Part shown: one piece after another, positions 19,203 through 28,179 of the stretch | Numbering within the stretch: position 1 is the stretch's first letter | Layout of the letters: every line of letters begins with the position of its first letter | Source of the DNA: an uncultured Methanosarcinales archaeon | GTDB taxonomy: Archaea; Nanobdellota; Nanobdellia; Woesearchaeales; DATDXC01 | NCBI GenBank assembly: GCA_964510025.1 | Contig: CAZDZV010000013.1 | Coordinates: 1-37,377, forward strand | Direction: 5' to 3' | DNA: 37,377 nucleotides | The notes under the pieces: generated by a model | The model's input: the letters and a program-made list of their open reading frames with translations, nothing else | What the model was told of the DNA's origin: nothing | Databases searched by the model: none | Program-made: the position numbers and the translations under genes

Positions 19203-19237
19203 ATTTCAGAGAACTTTGAAGTTATTTATAAATGTTA

Positions 19238-20020
19238 TCATGCTTTGGCAAGCACGACCCTTTTTTCATGCGAATAGAGCTGCTCATCCCTTATTACGCT
19301 CCAGACAAGGCTTCCATAGTCCTTGGCTGCTGTGGATCCTGGAGCATAGCTGAATATTGATCTCCCTTTTTTTGGGGATTCCTTAAGCTTGGAGCAGGTA
19401 TGCACTGGATCAGACACAATGCCGTAATGCTCGTTCATCAGCTTCTTGAATGATTCCTTGCATGTCTTTAGGCGCCTGTCATAAAGCGTGGGCACGATCT
19501 TGGTTATTGTGCAGTTGTGGCCGAATACCTCATTTATGGTGGCTATCACATCTATTATCTTGCCGAGGGAATGGAGGCCAAGATGGTCTGTTGATGTCGG
19601 CACAATAGCCTCATCTGAAGCTAAGATTGCGTTCTGGTTTAGAAGCCCGACTGACGGGCTGCAGTCTATAAGTATATAATCATAGCCTTTTATCTTCTTC
19701 AGGCGGCTCCTCAAAAGCAGCTCCCTGTTTTTCATGCCTGTCATCATTATCTCTGCTTTTGTAAGGTTTTCCTTGCTTGTTATTATGTCAAGGTTCCTGC
19801 CAAGATGATGAACGCATTCATGATAATCTGTTCCGTCTATCAGAAAGCTGTACATATCCTTTACTGATTGTGAATTCAATGCAACACCCACATTGCCCTG
19901 AGCATCAAGATCCAGGACAAGAACCTTCCTGTCTTTCCTGCTCAATCCTGCTGCCAAAGAAATTGCTGTTGTTGTTTTGCCAACACCGCCTTTCTGGTTT
20001 ATTATGCTTATTGTCCTCAT
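19238..20020 (-). CDS. parA: ParA/Soj family ATPase
   Basis: NQKGGVGKTT, DLDAQGN and YDYILIDCSPS motifs. Confidence 0.92.
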   Translation of the reverse strand: MRTISIINQKGGVGKTTTAISLAAGLSRKDRKVLVLDLDAQGNVGVALNSQSVKDMYSFLIDGTDYHECVHHLGRNLDIITSKENLTKAEIMMTGMKNRELLLRSRLKKIKGYDYILIDCSPSVGLLNQNAILASDEAIVPTSTDHLGLHSLGKIIDVIATINEVFGHNCTITKIVPTLYDRRLKTCKESFKKLMNEHYGIVSDPVHTCSKLKESPKKGRSIFSYAPGSTAAKDYGSLVWSVIRDEQLYSHEKRVVLAKA

Positions 20021-20134
20021 TTTAGCCCTCCGTCTCGTCTATAAGATGAATATTTAGTGTGGAATAACGTATACTAGTATATAAATCTTTTGGTAGGAGA
20101 AAAGTTTATATATCTGTAGAAATAAGCTGATTAT

Positions 20135-20419
20135 ATGCAAAAGAAATACCCTGAAGGTTTTTTCATAGCTGTGGGGATTGCTTTCGGTATGCTTTTTGGT
20201 ATACCTTTGGCAATGTCCTTAGGAAACTATGGGTTTGTGGGAGCCGGAATCCCGATAGGGCTGGCCATAGGCATGGCGCTGGAAGAAAAATTCAAAAAAA
20301 AAGGTAGAATCAGACCTCTTACGAAAAAAGAGAAAGATCAAAGAAAGATAGCGTTCATGGCAGGCGTGGCCTTGCTTGCTCTTGGCCTGATAGTTTTTGT
20401 TGCAATGCTGCTCAGATAG
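20135..20419 (+). CDS. Small membrane protein
   Basis: Gly-rich TM helices, with a TTTATATA box upstream. Confidence 0.7.
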   Translation: MQKKYPEGFFIAVGIAFGMLFGIPLAMSLGNYGFVGAGIPIGLAIGMALEEKFKKKGRIRPLTKKEKDQRKIAFMAGVALLALGLIVFVAMLLR

Positions 20420-20522
20420 AAGAAATCCGGATGAGAGCCGGCAGGCCTGCAGCTATGCCTGCTTGGTATCTAAGTCGGAGCTTCAAAGAAAAGATTAAAA
20501 ATCAGGGAATATAACTTAAGCC

Positions 20523-21182
20523 ATGTGCGGAAGGTTCTCTTTTTCAAAGCCTGAAAGGCAGCTCTTGCTGAACAGGTTTGGGCTCAAGAAGATAGAGATA
20601 GAGCTCAACCCCAGGTATAATATCGCTCCTTCCCAGAAGGTCCCTGTCATCTTCAACAGCTCTCCAGATACGCTTAGTGAAGCGCAATGGGGATTGATCC
20701 CTTTCTGGGCCAAGGATGAGAAGATCGGCTATAAGATGATAAATGCAAGGGCAGAGACAGTTGCAGACAAGCCGGCCTACAGGGATCCTTTCAGGAAAAA
20801 AAGATGCCTGATAATAGCTGACTCATTCTATGAATGGAACAAAAAAGGGGGGAGGAAAACGCCATACAGGATAATGAGGAAAGATAGCGGATTTTTTGCC
20901 TTTGCAGGAATATATGACCAATGGAAAGACATCACCACATGCTCCATAATAACAACTGAGCCAAATGAGCTTTTGAAGAAGATACACATAAGGATGCCTG
21001 TAATCCTTAACAAGGAAGATGAGGGAAGATGGCTGGAAAAGCCGGACAAGGGATTGCTAAAGCCATATCCTGCTGAAGGCATGAAGATGTATGAGATATC
21101 TTCATTAGTCAACAAACCAGAGAATGATTCTGAAGAGATTATGAAGCCGTCAAAGCAGGGTGGTTTAGGGAAGTTTATGTGA
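20523..21182 (+). CDS. SRAP / SOS-response-associated peptidase (YedK/HMCES family, abasic-site protection)
   Basis: MCGRF N-terminus, RYNIAPSQ, WGLIP, NARAET, FYEW and IHIRMPVIL. C-terminal PIP-box-like QGGLGKF. Confidence 0.95.
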   Translation: MCGRFSFSKPERQLLLNRFGLKKIEIELNPRYNIAPSQKVPVIFNSSPDTLSEAQWGLIPFWAKDEKIGYKMINARAETVADKPAYRDPFRKKRCLIIADSFYEWNKKGGRKTPYRIMRKDSGFFAFAGIYDQWKDITTCSIITTEPNELLKKIHIRMPVILNKEDEGRWLEKPDKGLLKPYPAEGMKMYEISSLVNKPENDSEEIMKPSKQGGLGKFM

Positions 21183-22302
21183 CAGGGCTATGTTTTGCAT
21201 GCAAAGCCTGCAAAGCTTGAAGAAATCCTGGTCTGCCATTGTATGATCCTAAGGCAGCTAATAGATTGCTTGCATGAAGAGCGACAGGCGGGCAAAAACG
21301 ACATGCTTCAGCTGGGTATTGCTGGGCATTGTCTCTCTGTTGCTGTATGAGCTGCATCAGGCTAACTCCAGGTTGGAGCAGATCACCTATAGGGGCAACA
21401 GAAGCCAGGGCAGTATGCCCGCAGGGATAAAGGCAGCCATCAGCTGCGACTGTCTGCCAGAGAACAGGATAATAACATCTGGAGCAGAGAGCCTCAGGGT
21501 CATTTACCTCTGTCACTATAAATGAAGCGTCAGCTAGTTCATGCGCTGCTGCAAGCTGGTCCTCTATCATAGACGGGTCCATATCAGGATTTAGAAAATC
21601 TCTCCTGTATTGCACACCGTTGGCGCCTGCATCCTTTACCCGTTGGGCTGCTCTCAGAATATCATGATAGTTACGGTCGCTTATTACATACCCAACATGT
21701 ATGAACAGGCCAGTATTCTGCCTCTCTGCAGCGGCACGCAATAAGCCTATGCCCTCCATTATCCTTTCAAAGCCTTTTACTTTCTTGATATCATAAAGCG
21801 TCTCGCTGGAACCTGCGTCAAGGCTTACCCTTAAGTAAGCCATCCCTGCAAGCCTTTCAGCATAAGGCTGATTGCCTGATTTATACATCAGCCCAATACC
21901 GTTAGTGAACATCCTTTGCCTTATCCCTGCTTCTGCCAGCTGGTCTACAGCATCCAGGGTCTTCGGGTTGACCAAAGGATCTCCTGTTGAACCTACAAAC
22001 TTTACAAATTGGACGCCCATCTGATCTGCCTCAGCTTCGATTATTTTTTGGATCACTGTCTTAAGATTATCGTCCTGCGTTAACCTGTTTGGGACACGCT
22101 CCTGCTCGCCCCAGCAGAAATAGCATTGGGCGTTGCATAGGGCAGAAGGCTGAACCTCTACCTCGTATGGTGGGACAACCGCTCCCTGAAGGAACATCAT
22201 AATACGCTCAAACTGCCGTAAGAAAAATTCCAGCTCAAATGGCTCCTTGCCTTCTTCCGGAAGAATAGCACTTTCCAGCTCTGAAAGAATCGATCCTGGC
22301 AT
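21175..22302 (-). CDS. Radical SAM protein with C-terminal SPASM/twitch-like domain
   Basis: CNAQCYFC, GSTGDPL, FTNG and RVSLDAG, with C-terminal DGCLYPC...CRFC. Confidence 0.85.
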   Translation of the reverse strand: MPGSILSELESAILPEEGKEPFELEFFLRQFERIMMFLQGAVVPPYEVEVQPSALCNAQCYFCWGEQERVPNRLTQDDNLKTVIQKIIEAEADQMGVQFVKFVGSTGDPLVNPKTLDAVDQLAEAGIRQRMFTNGIGLMYKSGNQPYAERLAGMAYLRVSLDAGSSETLYDIKKVKGFERIMEGIGLLRAAAERQNTGLFIHVGYVISDRNYHDILRAAQRVKDAGANGVQYRRDFLNPDMDPSMIEDQLAAAHELADASFIVTEVNDPEALCSRCYYPVLWQTVAADGCLYPCGHTALASVAPIGDLLQPGVSLMQLIQQQRDNAQQYPAEACRFCPPVALHASNLLAALGSYNGRPGFLQALQALHAKHSPVT

Positions 22303-22345
22303 AGGGCAAGGAGAATGGATTGTTATTCTTAAAGTTTACTACTTT

Positions 22346-24886
22346 TTAGAGGCTAAGGATAGCCTGCCTCTCGATAACTTCCTTGCTGCCGTTGAAGATA
22401 TACACCGATGCTTTCCTGGTCTTTGTCCTCTTGTCCACTACCTTGTGCACCTCAACATCAAAGCCAAGCTCTATGAGCTTCTTTATTGTCTTTTTCTGGA
22501 CAGAAGAAAGCTGCTCGTACTGCAGCTTGCATTCTACAAACCTGAAGCTTTTTCCGAAGAACAGGAAATCAGGCATACCATGATGCACCTTATTTATGTA
22601 TTCCAGATGCTCATGCAGGCCTGGATGGTGCCTGTCCATCAGGTCCTTGAGAAGCTGGTATTTTCTCCTTACGTTGGGGTAGATCTCGTCCTTTAGTATG
22701 CCGATAAGGCCAGCTCTCCATACATGCCCTTTTTTCTCCAGCCGCTTCCTTATCAGCTTTTCTGAAAGCCCTTTTTTGTCTTCATAATCTTTTGATACCG
22801 GGATGTACCTATGGATGACCTTTATGTATTCATGCAGCCTTGACTGCCTTTCTATTTCTGCAGCCTCTTCTATATCCTGCCTTGTGTAGCCGAATGGCTG
22901 CAGAATGACAAACAATGACCTTACAAGAAGCTTCTTGTACTGCCCTATATCCGGCTTCCTGTATTCTTCCGGCAATACCGGCCCTTTTCCATAGATGTAC
23001 CTTATGAACTGGCCGGGCATTACTGCAACGCCTTTTTTCCTAAGCTTCTCCAGTATCATCTTCTGGGGGATGTTATGCCTGTAGTTGTCCTTAGAAATCC
23101 TGACTGCTACCGTAAGAAAATCCTTATGCACATCAGGTATGGCCCCTATGACCTTTCTGAGATAGCTGCAAAGGTAGGGGAAAGCAAGATGGACCTGTTT
23201 TTTGCTGTCGATAGATTTCAGAAATTCTATGCACTGCTTCTGGAACATCTTCACTATCTCAGGGGAAGACCTTTGCCTTATCTCGATGCCCCTTGCCTTT
23301 ATCTCTCCATTCCTGAAGACGCCATAATAAGTAGAAGGCAGGGCCCTGTACTTATCGATGACAGAAGGAAGGAATGTGACCCAGCGGAATATGCCTTCAG
23401 GCATTATGGGTATGCCTGTCTCAAGCTCTATCTCCCTGCAGAAATCCCTGACTTCTTTTTCTGTTATGCCTTTTTTCTTTATGAAGACAGAGTCAACAAT
23501 TGCATGGACAACCTTAAAGCCTTTTTCCTCTGCCAGCCTTGTGACCTTAAGCAATGTCTCCCTTGCATATGCGCAGATAGCCATGTGCGATGTAGGTATG
23601 CCGAGCTTGAATTCCCTGAACCTGAGGTAGCCATAGCAGCTGACCAATACCCATTTAAGGCCTTTGGCCCTTTCCTTGTTTATTGATGTGGGATTTTTCT
23701 TATAGTGCATCCTTCTGTCGATAAAAGGCTTAAGGACAACAGGGATAAGCCCTTTGAATGCCATGGATGCCTTTACAGGAAGATCTGGTATGGATGCAAA
23801 AGGGCCCTTATCTGTAAGCATCGAGTCTGCGCTTATGTTGTGGTTGTAGATAAGCCATGGGAACATGCTTACAAAATCTATCTCAGCGACATCCTTGTGG
23901 AAGCCTATCATGGGGTCATAATAATGGCCGCCCCTGTCTGCCTTAAGCATCTCAAGCATGGTCAACGGCGGCTCTATGGGCTTTTCCTTGTATGGGACCA
24001 GCATATCCTGCATTATCATCTCCCTCATAAGGGCTGTCTGGAAAACAGCCCCAAAGCTTCTTGAGGCTGTCCTCTGGAACAATGTTCCGGATAGCTGAAC
24101 AAGCTCCATTATAGCCTCTGGCTGGCATTCTGTGCCTACAAAGCTGTGGGTGTCTACCAAAAACCTTCCTTTAAGCCTGACTGCAAAATCCTGGTAGCGG
24201 ACCTGGCCATAGCTCCAGTAGCTTTTTCCTCCCCTGTACCTTATATCATAATCATCCCATCTGTTTAAAGGGCAGCCTATTCTGTGCCTCTTCAGCCTCT
24301 GATACAGCAAAGGCATACGTGAGAAAGCGTAATCCATGACAATGCAGTCTGGATCCTCAAGCCTGAATATCCTTGAGAACTCCTCCAGTATTGCCTTTTC
24401 ACTGCCTTTTATAACCTTGCCGTTGACTTCTATGCACCTTATTTTATCTCCCTGGGAGATAACATTTAGCCTTAGTTTCTTTAGAGGGATATCTGTATGG
24501 CCCGGGATGGGGGCTATGTTTTCACCTAGGACAACAGCAGAGCAAGGCCTTATGTCATGCTTGTAGAGAAACATCTGCTCTGGGACAATATCTGCATTAT
24601 ACAAAGGGACCCTGTGCTTTGTAGCTTTTTCTATATCCCTTATGAACTTTTCAAATCCAGATATAGGCGCAGGTATCTCCAGAACATATTTGTATTTCCT
24701 AAGGTATGTCTTTTTCCTTACCTTTCTGAAAGCGACATCATTCTCCCTAAGGACTTTTTCTGCCTTTAATCCCGCATATATGGCTGTTCTGAAGTCTTTC
24801 TCGAGCCTTATGTCATCATCTCTTGTCTTGAGCCAGAGAATTATCTTGTTGCCTTTCCTGTATGCCTGCATCAGCCACGCTTTCAT
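22346..24886 (-). CDS. polB2: Family B DNA polymerase of the PolB2 type fused to a C-terminal VRR-NUC-like PD-(D/E)xK nuclease
   Basis: DFVSMFP (motif A), KWVLVSCYGY (motif B) and HAIVDS replacing YGDTDS (PolB2 hallmark). C-terminal GMPDFL...FVECK...LSSVQK. Confidence 0.85.
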   Translation of the reverse strand: MKAWLMQAYRKGNKIILWLKTRDDDIRLEKDFRTAIYAGLKAEKVLRENDVAFRKVRKKTYLRKYKYVLEIPAPISGFEKFIRDIEKATKHRVPLYNADIVPEQMFLYKHDIRPCSAVVLGENIAPIPGHTDIPLKKLRLNVISQGDKIRCIEVNGKVIKGSEKAILEEFSRIFRLEDPDCIVMDYAFSRMPLLYQRLKRHRIGCPLNRWDDYDIRYRGGKSYWSYGQVRYQDFAVRLKGRFLVDTHSFVGTECQPEAIMELVQLSGTLFQRTASRSFGAVFQTALMREMIMQDMLVPYKEKPIEPPLTMLEMLKADRGGHYYDPMIGFHKDVAEIDFVSMFPWLIYNHNISADSMLTDKGPFASIPDLPVKASMAFKGLIPVVLKPFIDRRMHYKKNPTSINKERAKGLKWVLVSCYGYLRFREFKLGIPTSHMAICAYARETLLKVTRLAEEKGFKVVHAIVDSVFIKKKGITEKEVRDFCREIELETGIPIMPEGIFRWVTFLPSVIDKYRALPSTYYGVFRNGEIKARGIEIRQRSSPEIVKMFQKQCIEFLKSIDSKKQVHLAFPYLCSYLRKVIGAIPDVHKDFLTVAVRISKDNYRHNIPQKMILEKLRKKGVAVMPGQFIRYIYGKGPVLPEEYRKPDIGQYKKLLVRSLFVILQPFGYTRQDIEEAAEIERQSRLHEYIKVIHRYIPVSKDYEDKKGLSEKLIRKRLEKKGHVWRAGLIGILKDEIYPNVRRKYQLLKDLMDRHHPGLHEHLEYINKVHHGMPDFLFFGKSFRFVECKLQYEQLSSVQKKTIKKLIELGFDVEVHKVVDKRTKTRKASVYIFNGSKEVIERQAILSL

Positions 24887-25704
24887 AGGCTATCAAAAGG
24901 GCTTTTTACATTGATCATAGCCGGACAGGCAGCATGGATATAGACCATAGAAGTTTCAGCAGAGCCATGGCCCAGCAATCCCTGCAATGTCTGAAGACTG
25001 CAACCGTTTTCAATGACATGCGTACCAAAGCTATGGCGGAAAGTGTGTGGATGGATATTTTTTTTGATTCCAGCTTCTTTTGCTGCCTTTTTTACAATTT
25101 TAAAGACAGTTTGTGTGCTTAAATGATAATTGTTATAGCCTCTAAAAACATAAGAATCATATTCCATGTTCTCACTCCAGTCTTTTAATTCATCTTTAAG
25201 TTTCTCAGCAATCACAAAAACCCTGTCTTTGTTTCCCTTTCCAGACCTTACCCAGCCATAGCTGTTGTCAAGCTCAAAATCTCTTACTCTTAAATTAACC
25301 ACCTCAGAAACCCTTAAGCCAGCGGCATACATCAAGCCTATCATAAGCTTATGTTTTTTATTTTTGACCACTGACAGAATCCTTATAAGCTCTTCTCTTG
25401 TAAGCATAGTTGGAAGGTGCTTTGGCTTTTTAGAATATCTTATGCTTAGCCTCCATCTTTTGAATAAGACCCAATCAAGCATGAATTTGATCGAGTTTAA
25501 GGCAACATTAAGAGTATTTCCTGAAAGGTTTCTGTCTGACAGATGGTTTATATATTCTTTTACATCCTTCTTGGTTATTTCATTATGGTCTTTTTTACAG
25601 TATTTTAAGAATCTTTTATTCCAAAAAACATAGGCCTTTATTGTCTTATTGCTTAACCTTCTTCTGAATGCTTCTTTTTTAATGGCTTCGACTATGTCTA
25701 ACAT
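24883..25704 (-). CDS. Tyrosine recombinase (Xer/IntI-like, N-terminal SAM-like domain), catalytically intact
   Basis: GLRVSE (R), GKGNKDR (K), HTFRH (HxxR), LLGH and VYIH (Y), with C-terminal KSPFDSL. At 273 aa it has no visible IntI-specific insertion. Confidence 0.93.
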   Translation of the reverse strand: MLDIVEAIKKEAFRRRLSNKTIKAYVFWNKRFLKYCKKDHNEITKKDVKEYINHLSDRNLSGNTLNVALNSIKFMLDWVLFKRWRLSIRYSKKPKHLPTMLTREELIRILSVVKNKKHKLMIGLMYAAGLRVSEVVNLRVRDFELDNSYGWVRSGKGNKDRVFVIAEKLKDELKDWSENMEYDSYVFRGYNNYHLSTQTVFKIVKKAAKEAGIKKNIHPHTFRHSFGTHVIENGCSLQTLQGLLGHGSAETSMVYIHAACPAMINVKSPFDSL

Positions 25705-25814
25705 ACTGATTCACCTAAAAATAATCCTGGCGGGCTTATTTAAATATCTCACGCACCTAAATGTCTTGTGCCTGTGGTAGGGTGATCTTGGGCTTTTAGG
25801 TCCTTTATCAATCA

Positions 25815-25842
25815 AATTTCCATAAGTCAGGTAATGTCCAGT
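25815..25842. other. Candidate recombinase-proximal dif-like site (attI analogue)
   Basis: AATTTCCATAA-GTCAGG-TAATGTCCAGT has the same arm/6-bp/arm layout as the downstream junctions, with a degenerate right arm. Confidence 0.4.
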
Positions 25843-25914
25843 GGAATCTTAATTTCTTGTGAAAATTTTCTTTCATTTACCTCAAATGCTTAAGAAACAG
25901 TCAGATAATTAATT

Positions 25915-26193
25915 ATGCATCCAGATACTAAAATTACATTGATTACGCTTCCAATAAGTAAGAAAACATTTGAGGTGAAAAAAATGAAAGAAATAGATGA
26001 AATATGGCTCCAAAGGAAATTTGCAATGGATAGATTGTATGATGATACCGAGAAGTTATTACGCTATAACTCCCTTTGCGCACAAAGATTGCAATCTGAA
26101 GCAGAATCTGGGACATGTGCTCCAAAGCTATTCCCAGGATGTCAAAATCAAAGAGATTGCTATTATACCTTACCAGTAGTCACGAAAAAGTGA
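25915..26193 (+). CDS. Hypothetical protein (possible cassette 0); start uncertain
   Basis: ORF lies between two candidate sites. SD-like GAGGTGA precedes the internal ATG (MKEIDEIW). Confidence 0.5.
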   Translation: MHPDTKITLITLPISKKTFEVKKMKEIDEIWLQRKFAMDRLYDDTEKLLRYNSLCAQRLQSEAESGTCAPKLFPGCQNQRDCYYTLPVVTKK

Positions 26194-26248
26194 CTTTCAG
26201 GTTTAATAATAATGCCTTTTCAAGCCCCATAACCACAAAATTTCAAAG

Positions 26249-26276
26249 AATACGTATATAAATAGTTACATTCAAT
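26249..26276. other. Cassette junction J0 (degenerate left arm)
   Basis: AATACGTATAT-AAATAG-TTACATTCAAT. GTTACATTC (26265-26273) is the reverse complement of GAATGTAAC (27898-27906). Confidence 0.65.
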
Positions 26277-26441
26277 AAAATTTTACTTTTTACACGAGAA
26301 AAACGGGGTTTCCTAAAAAAACTGAAGGGGGAAAATCTCTTTAATGTTTTAATTGATTGGCTGGGCTAAAAAAATTAGAAATCGAAAGATATATATATAT
26401 ATCCTTTGATAGAAAATAGATATATACTACTTTAAAGGAGG

Positions 26442-27584
26442 ATGAAAAAAATGAAAAATAAATATTTGATTCTGAGCCTGTTTGTGATTGGGATTTTAAT
26501 GTCAAGTTCTCTTGTTTCTGCTGGTTGGTTTGATTGGCTGTTTAGAGATAAAAATGTTGTTGGAGAGGCGTATGCTGGAATAAGTCCAAGTGCATGTAAT
26601 TATTATAAACAAAAGTGCGAGGATACTAATTATAAATATCATCAAAGATATTGTGATATTTGGGATAAATATTGTAAACCTACTTGTGATGATGGGATCA
26701 AAAACGGAAATGAAGAAGGTATAGATTGTGGTGGTGATTGTAAACCTTGTTCAAATGTTGTAAGCCCTAAATTTGAAGAATTATGGGTCGACAAAGTTTA
26801 TCCATTATCACAAAATTATATATCTTTTACTACAGATGCCTTAGTACAATACTCAGCAGATGGAAACAAGAAGAACACTTACGGATATGATGAAAATGGT
26901 GGAAGAATCACCGCAAGTGGCGATTTAACATTAGACCCATCCAAATATGTCATAACAAAATCAAAAGCATTAGTCCATTATTCAAGTGATGGCAATAACA
27001 AGCACACAGTAGAATTTCAGAGCGATGGTACAAGATTTACCACAAATAATGATTTAATCTTCGATCCTGCAAGATATGTTGTTGCTAAAACTGATGCTAT
27101 TGTTCAATATTCAGGAGATGGAAATAATAAAAATACATATGGCTTTGATGACCAAGGGGGAAGAATAACAGCAAACGGAAATCTTAATCTTGATCCATCA
27201 CAATATGTTGTGGTTAATAGTGATGCTATTGTTCAATATTCAGCGGATGGTCAAAATAAGAATACTTATGGTTACGACAATAATGGGGGCAGAATCACTG
27301 CAAATGGAGACCTAACACTCGACCCATCTAAGTATGTAATCACTAAATCTAAAGCATTAGTTCATTACTCTAGTGATGAAAACATTAAACATACTGTAGA
27401 ATTTGAAGATGGTAGTAGAGAATTCTCCATGGGAACTAGATTAACTACTGCTGGAGATTTAACATTAGATCCTGCTGGTAATGTTATAGTTAATGGAGAT
27501 TTAGTTTTATTATCTCCTGATGGGTCTAAATGGAAAATAGAAGTAAGTAATTCTGGAGAATTATCAACTGAAAAAATTCAATAA
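26442..27584 (+). CDS. Secreted repeat-containing surface protein (cassette C1)
   Basis: Signal peptide, CDDGIKNGNEEGIDCGGDCKPC motif, five ~43-aa repeats and C-terminal LLSPDGSKWKIEVSNSGEL. SD GGAGG. Confidence 0.85.
   Translation: MKKMKNKYLILSLFVIGILMSSSLVSAGWFDWLFRDKNVVGEAYAGISPSACNYYKQKCEDTNYKYHQRYCDIWDKYCKPTCDDGIKNGNEEGIDCGGDCKPCSNVVSPKFEELWVDKVYPLSQNYISFTTDALVQYSADGNKKNTYGYDENGGRITASGDLTLDPSKYVITKSKALVHYSSDGNNKHTVEFQSDGTRFTTNNDLIFDPARYVVAKTDAIVQYSGDGNNKNTYGFDDQGGRITANGNLNLDPSQYVVVNSDAIVQYSADGQNKNTYGYDNNGGRITANGDLTLDPSKYVITKSKALVHYSSDENIKHTVEFEDGSREFSMGTRLTTAGDLTLDPAGNVIVNGDLVLLSPDGSKWKIEVSNSGELSTEKIQ
26832..27485 (+). repeat. Five ~129-bp intragenic coding repeats (A-B-A-A-B)
   Basis: A type: TDALVQYSADGNKKNTYGYDENGGRITASGDLTLDPSKYV. 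B type: SKALVHYSSDGNNKHTVEF... Confidence 0.85.
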
Positions 27585-27894
27585 TTTTTTTATTTTTCTT
27601 TTTTAGCTTAGCCTTTATGTTATTTCTGAAAGAGAGATTTCCCCCTTAATATATTTGTTAGATTGGGCTAAGCCCTCGATAAACGGAAACCCCTTAAAAT
27701 ATAGTCTCGCTAACGCTCGAATTGATAAAAAAGTAAGAATTTTACTCTGCGGAATTTTGCTACGCAAAACCGCCCTTTCGGGCTTTCCTTGTCCTCCCCA
27801 CTCCGCAATTGTATTTCTTCTGTAACTAAATGTATTACTTTAAAGAACCTGATGTTTATATTGCTGTAAACCTATAAACAATTGCTCGTAGGTC

Positions 27895-27922
27895 GGCGAA
27901 TGTAACAGGCATTATGCGAAAT
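27895..27922. other. Cassette junction J1, dif-like site
   Basis: GGCGAATGTAA-CAGGCA-TTATGCGAAAT. Confidence 0.8.
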
Positions 27923-28179
27923 TTTTTATTTGCCTCGTCGGTAAACGCCGACTTTCTGGATGATAATTTCTTTTCCCATACAAAGCTCAAAGAAATTCTC
28001 TTCCGGAAAGCAAGGGCTTACGTCGAAAATGCTAATGTTACTGCCTTCGTTTAATCGGGGATTAAACGGCTACGTACGAGTCAAGCTCTACTCCGACCTA
28101 AATTTTTTATTATATTAGAATTGGGGGCTAGTTAGGTTAAAATTTATATATTAAGTCCGATTATCTAATCTATTCTAAA

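Noticed and set aside
19238..20020. Plasmid or element partition system
   Set aside because: This is an orphan ParA beside rpl41e, with no ParB or centromere-like repeats visible.
340..25633. Numerous antisense or nested ORFs in the track (e.g. 350-601, 3816-4328, 5242-5739, 16037-16564, 23075-23686)
   Set aside because: They overlap well-supported genes on the opposite strand or in another frame and carry no motifs, so they are shadow ORFs.
26389..26402. (AT)n microsatellite as a phase-variation switch
   Set aside because: The tract is short and coincides with the expected TATA region, and a single sequence gives no evidence of length variation.
26832..27485. Diversity-generating retroelement template/variable repeat pair
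   Set aside because: The repeats are in-frame coding repeats with mostly synonymous rather than adenine-specific differences, and there is no reverse transcriptase in the window.
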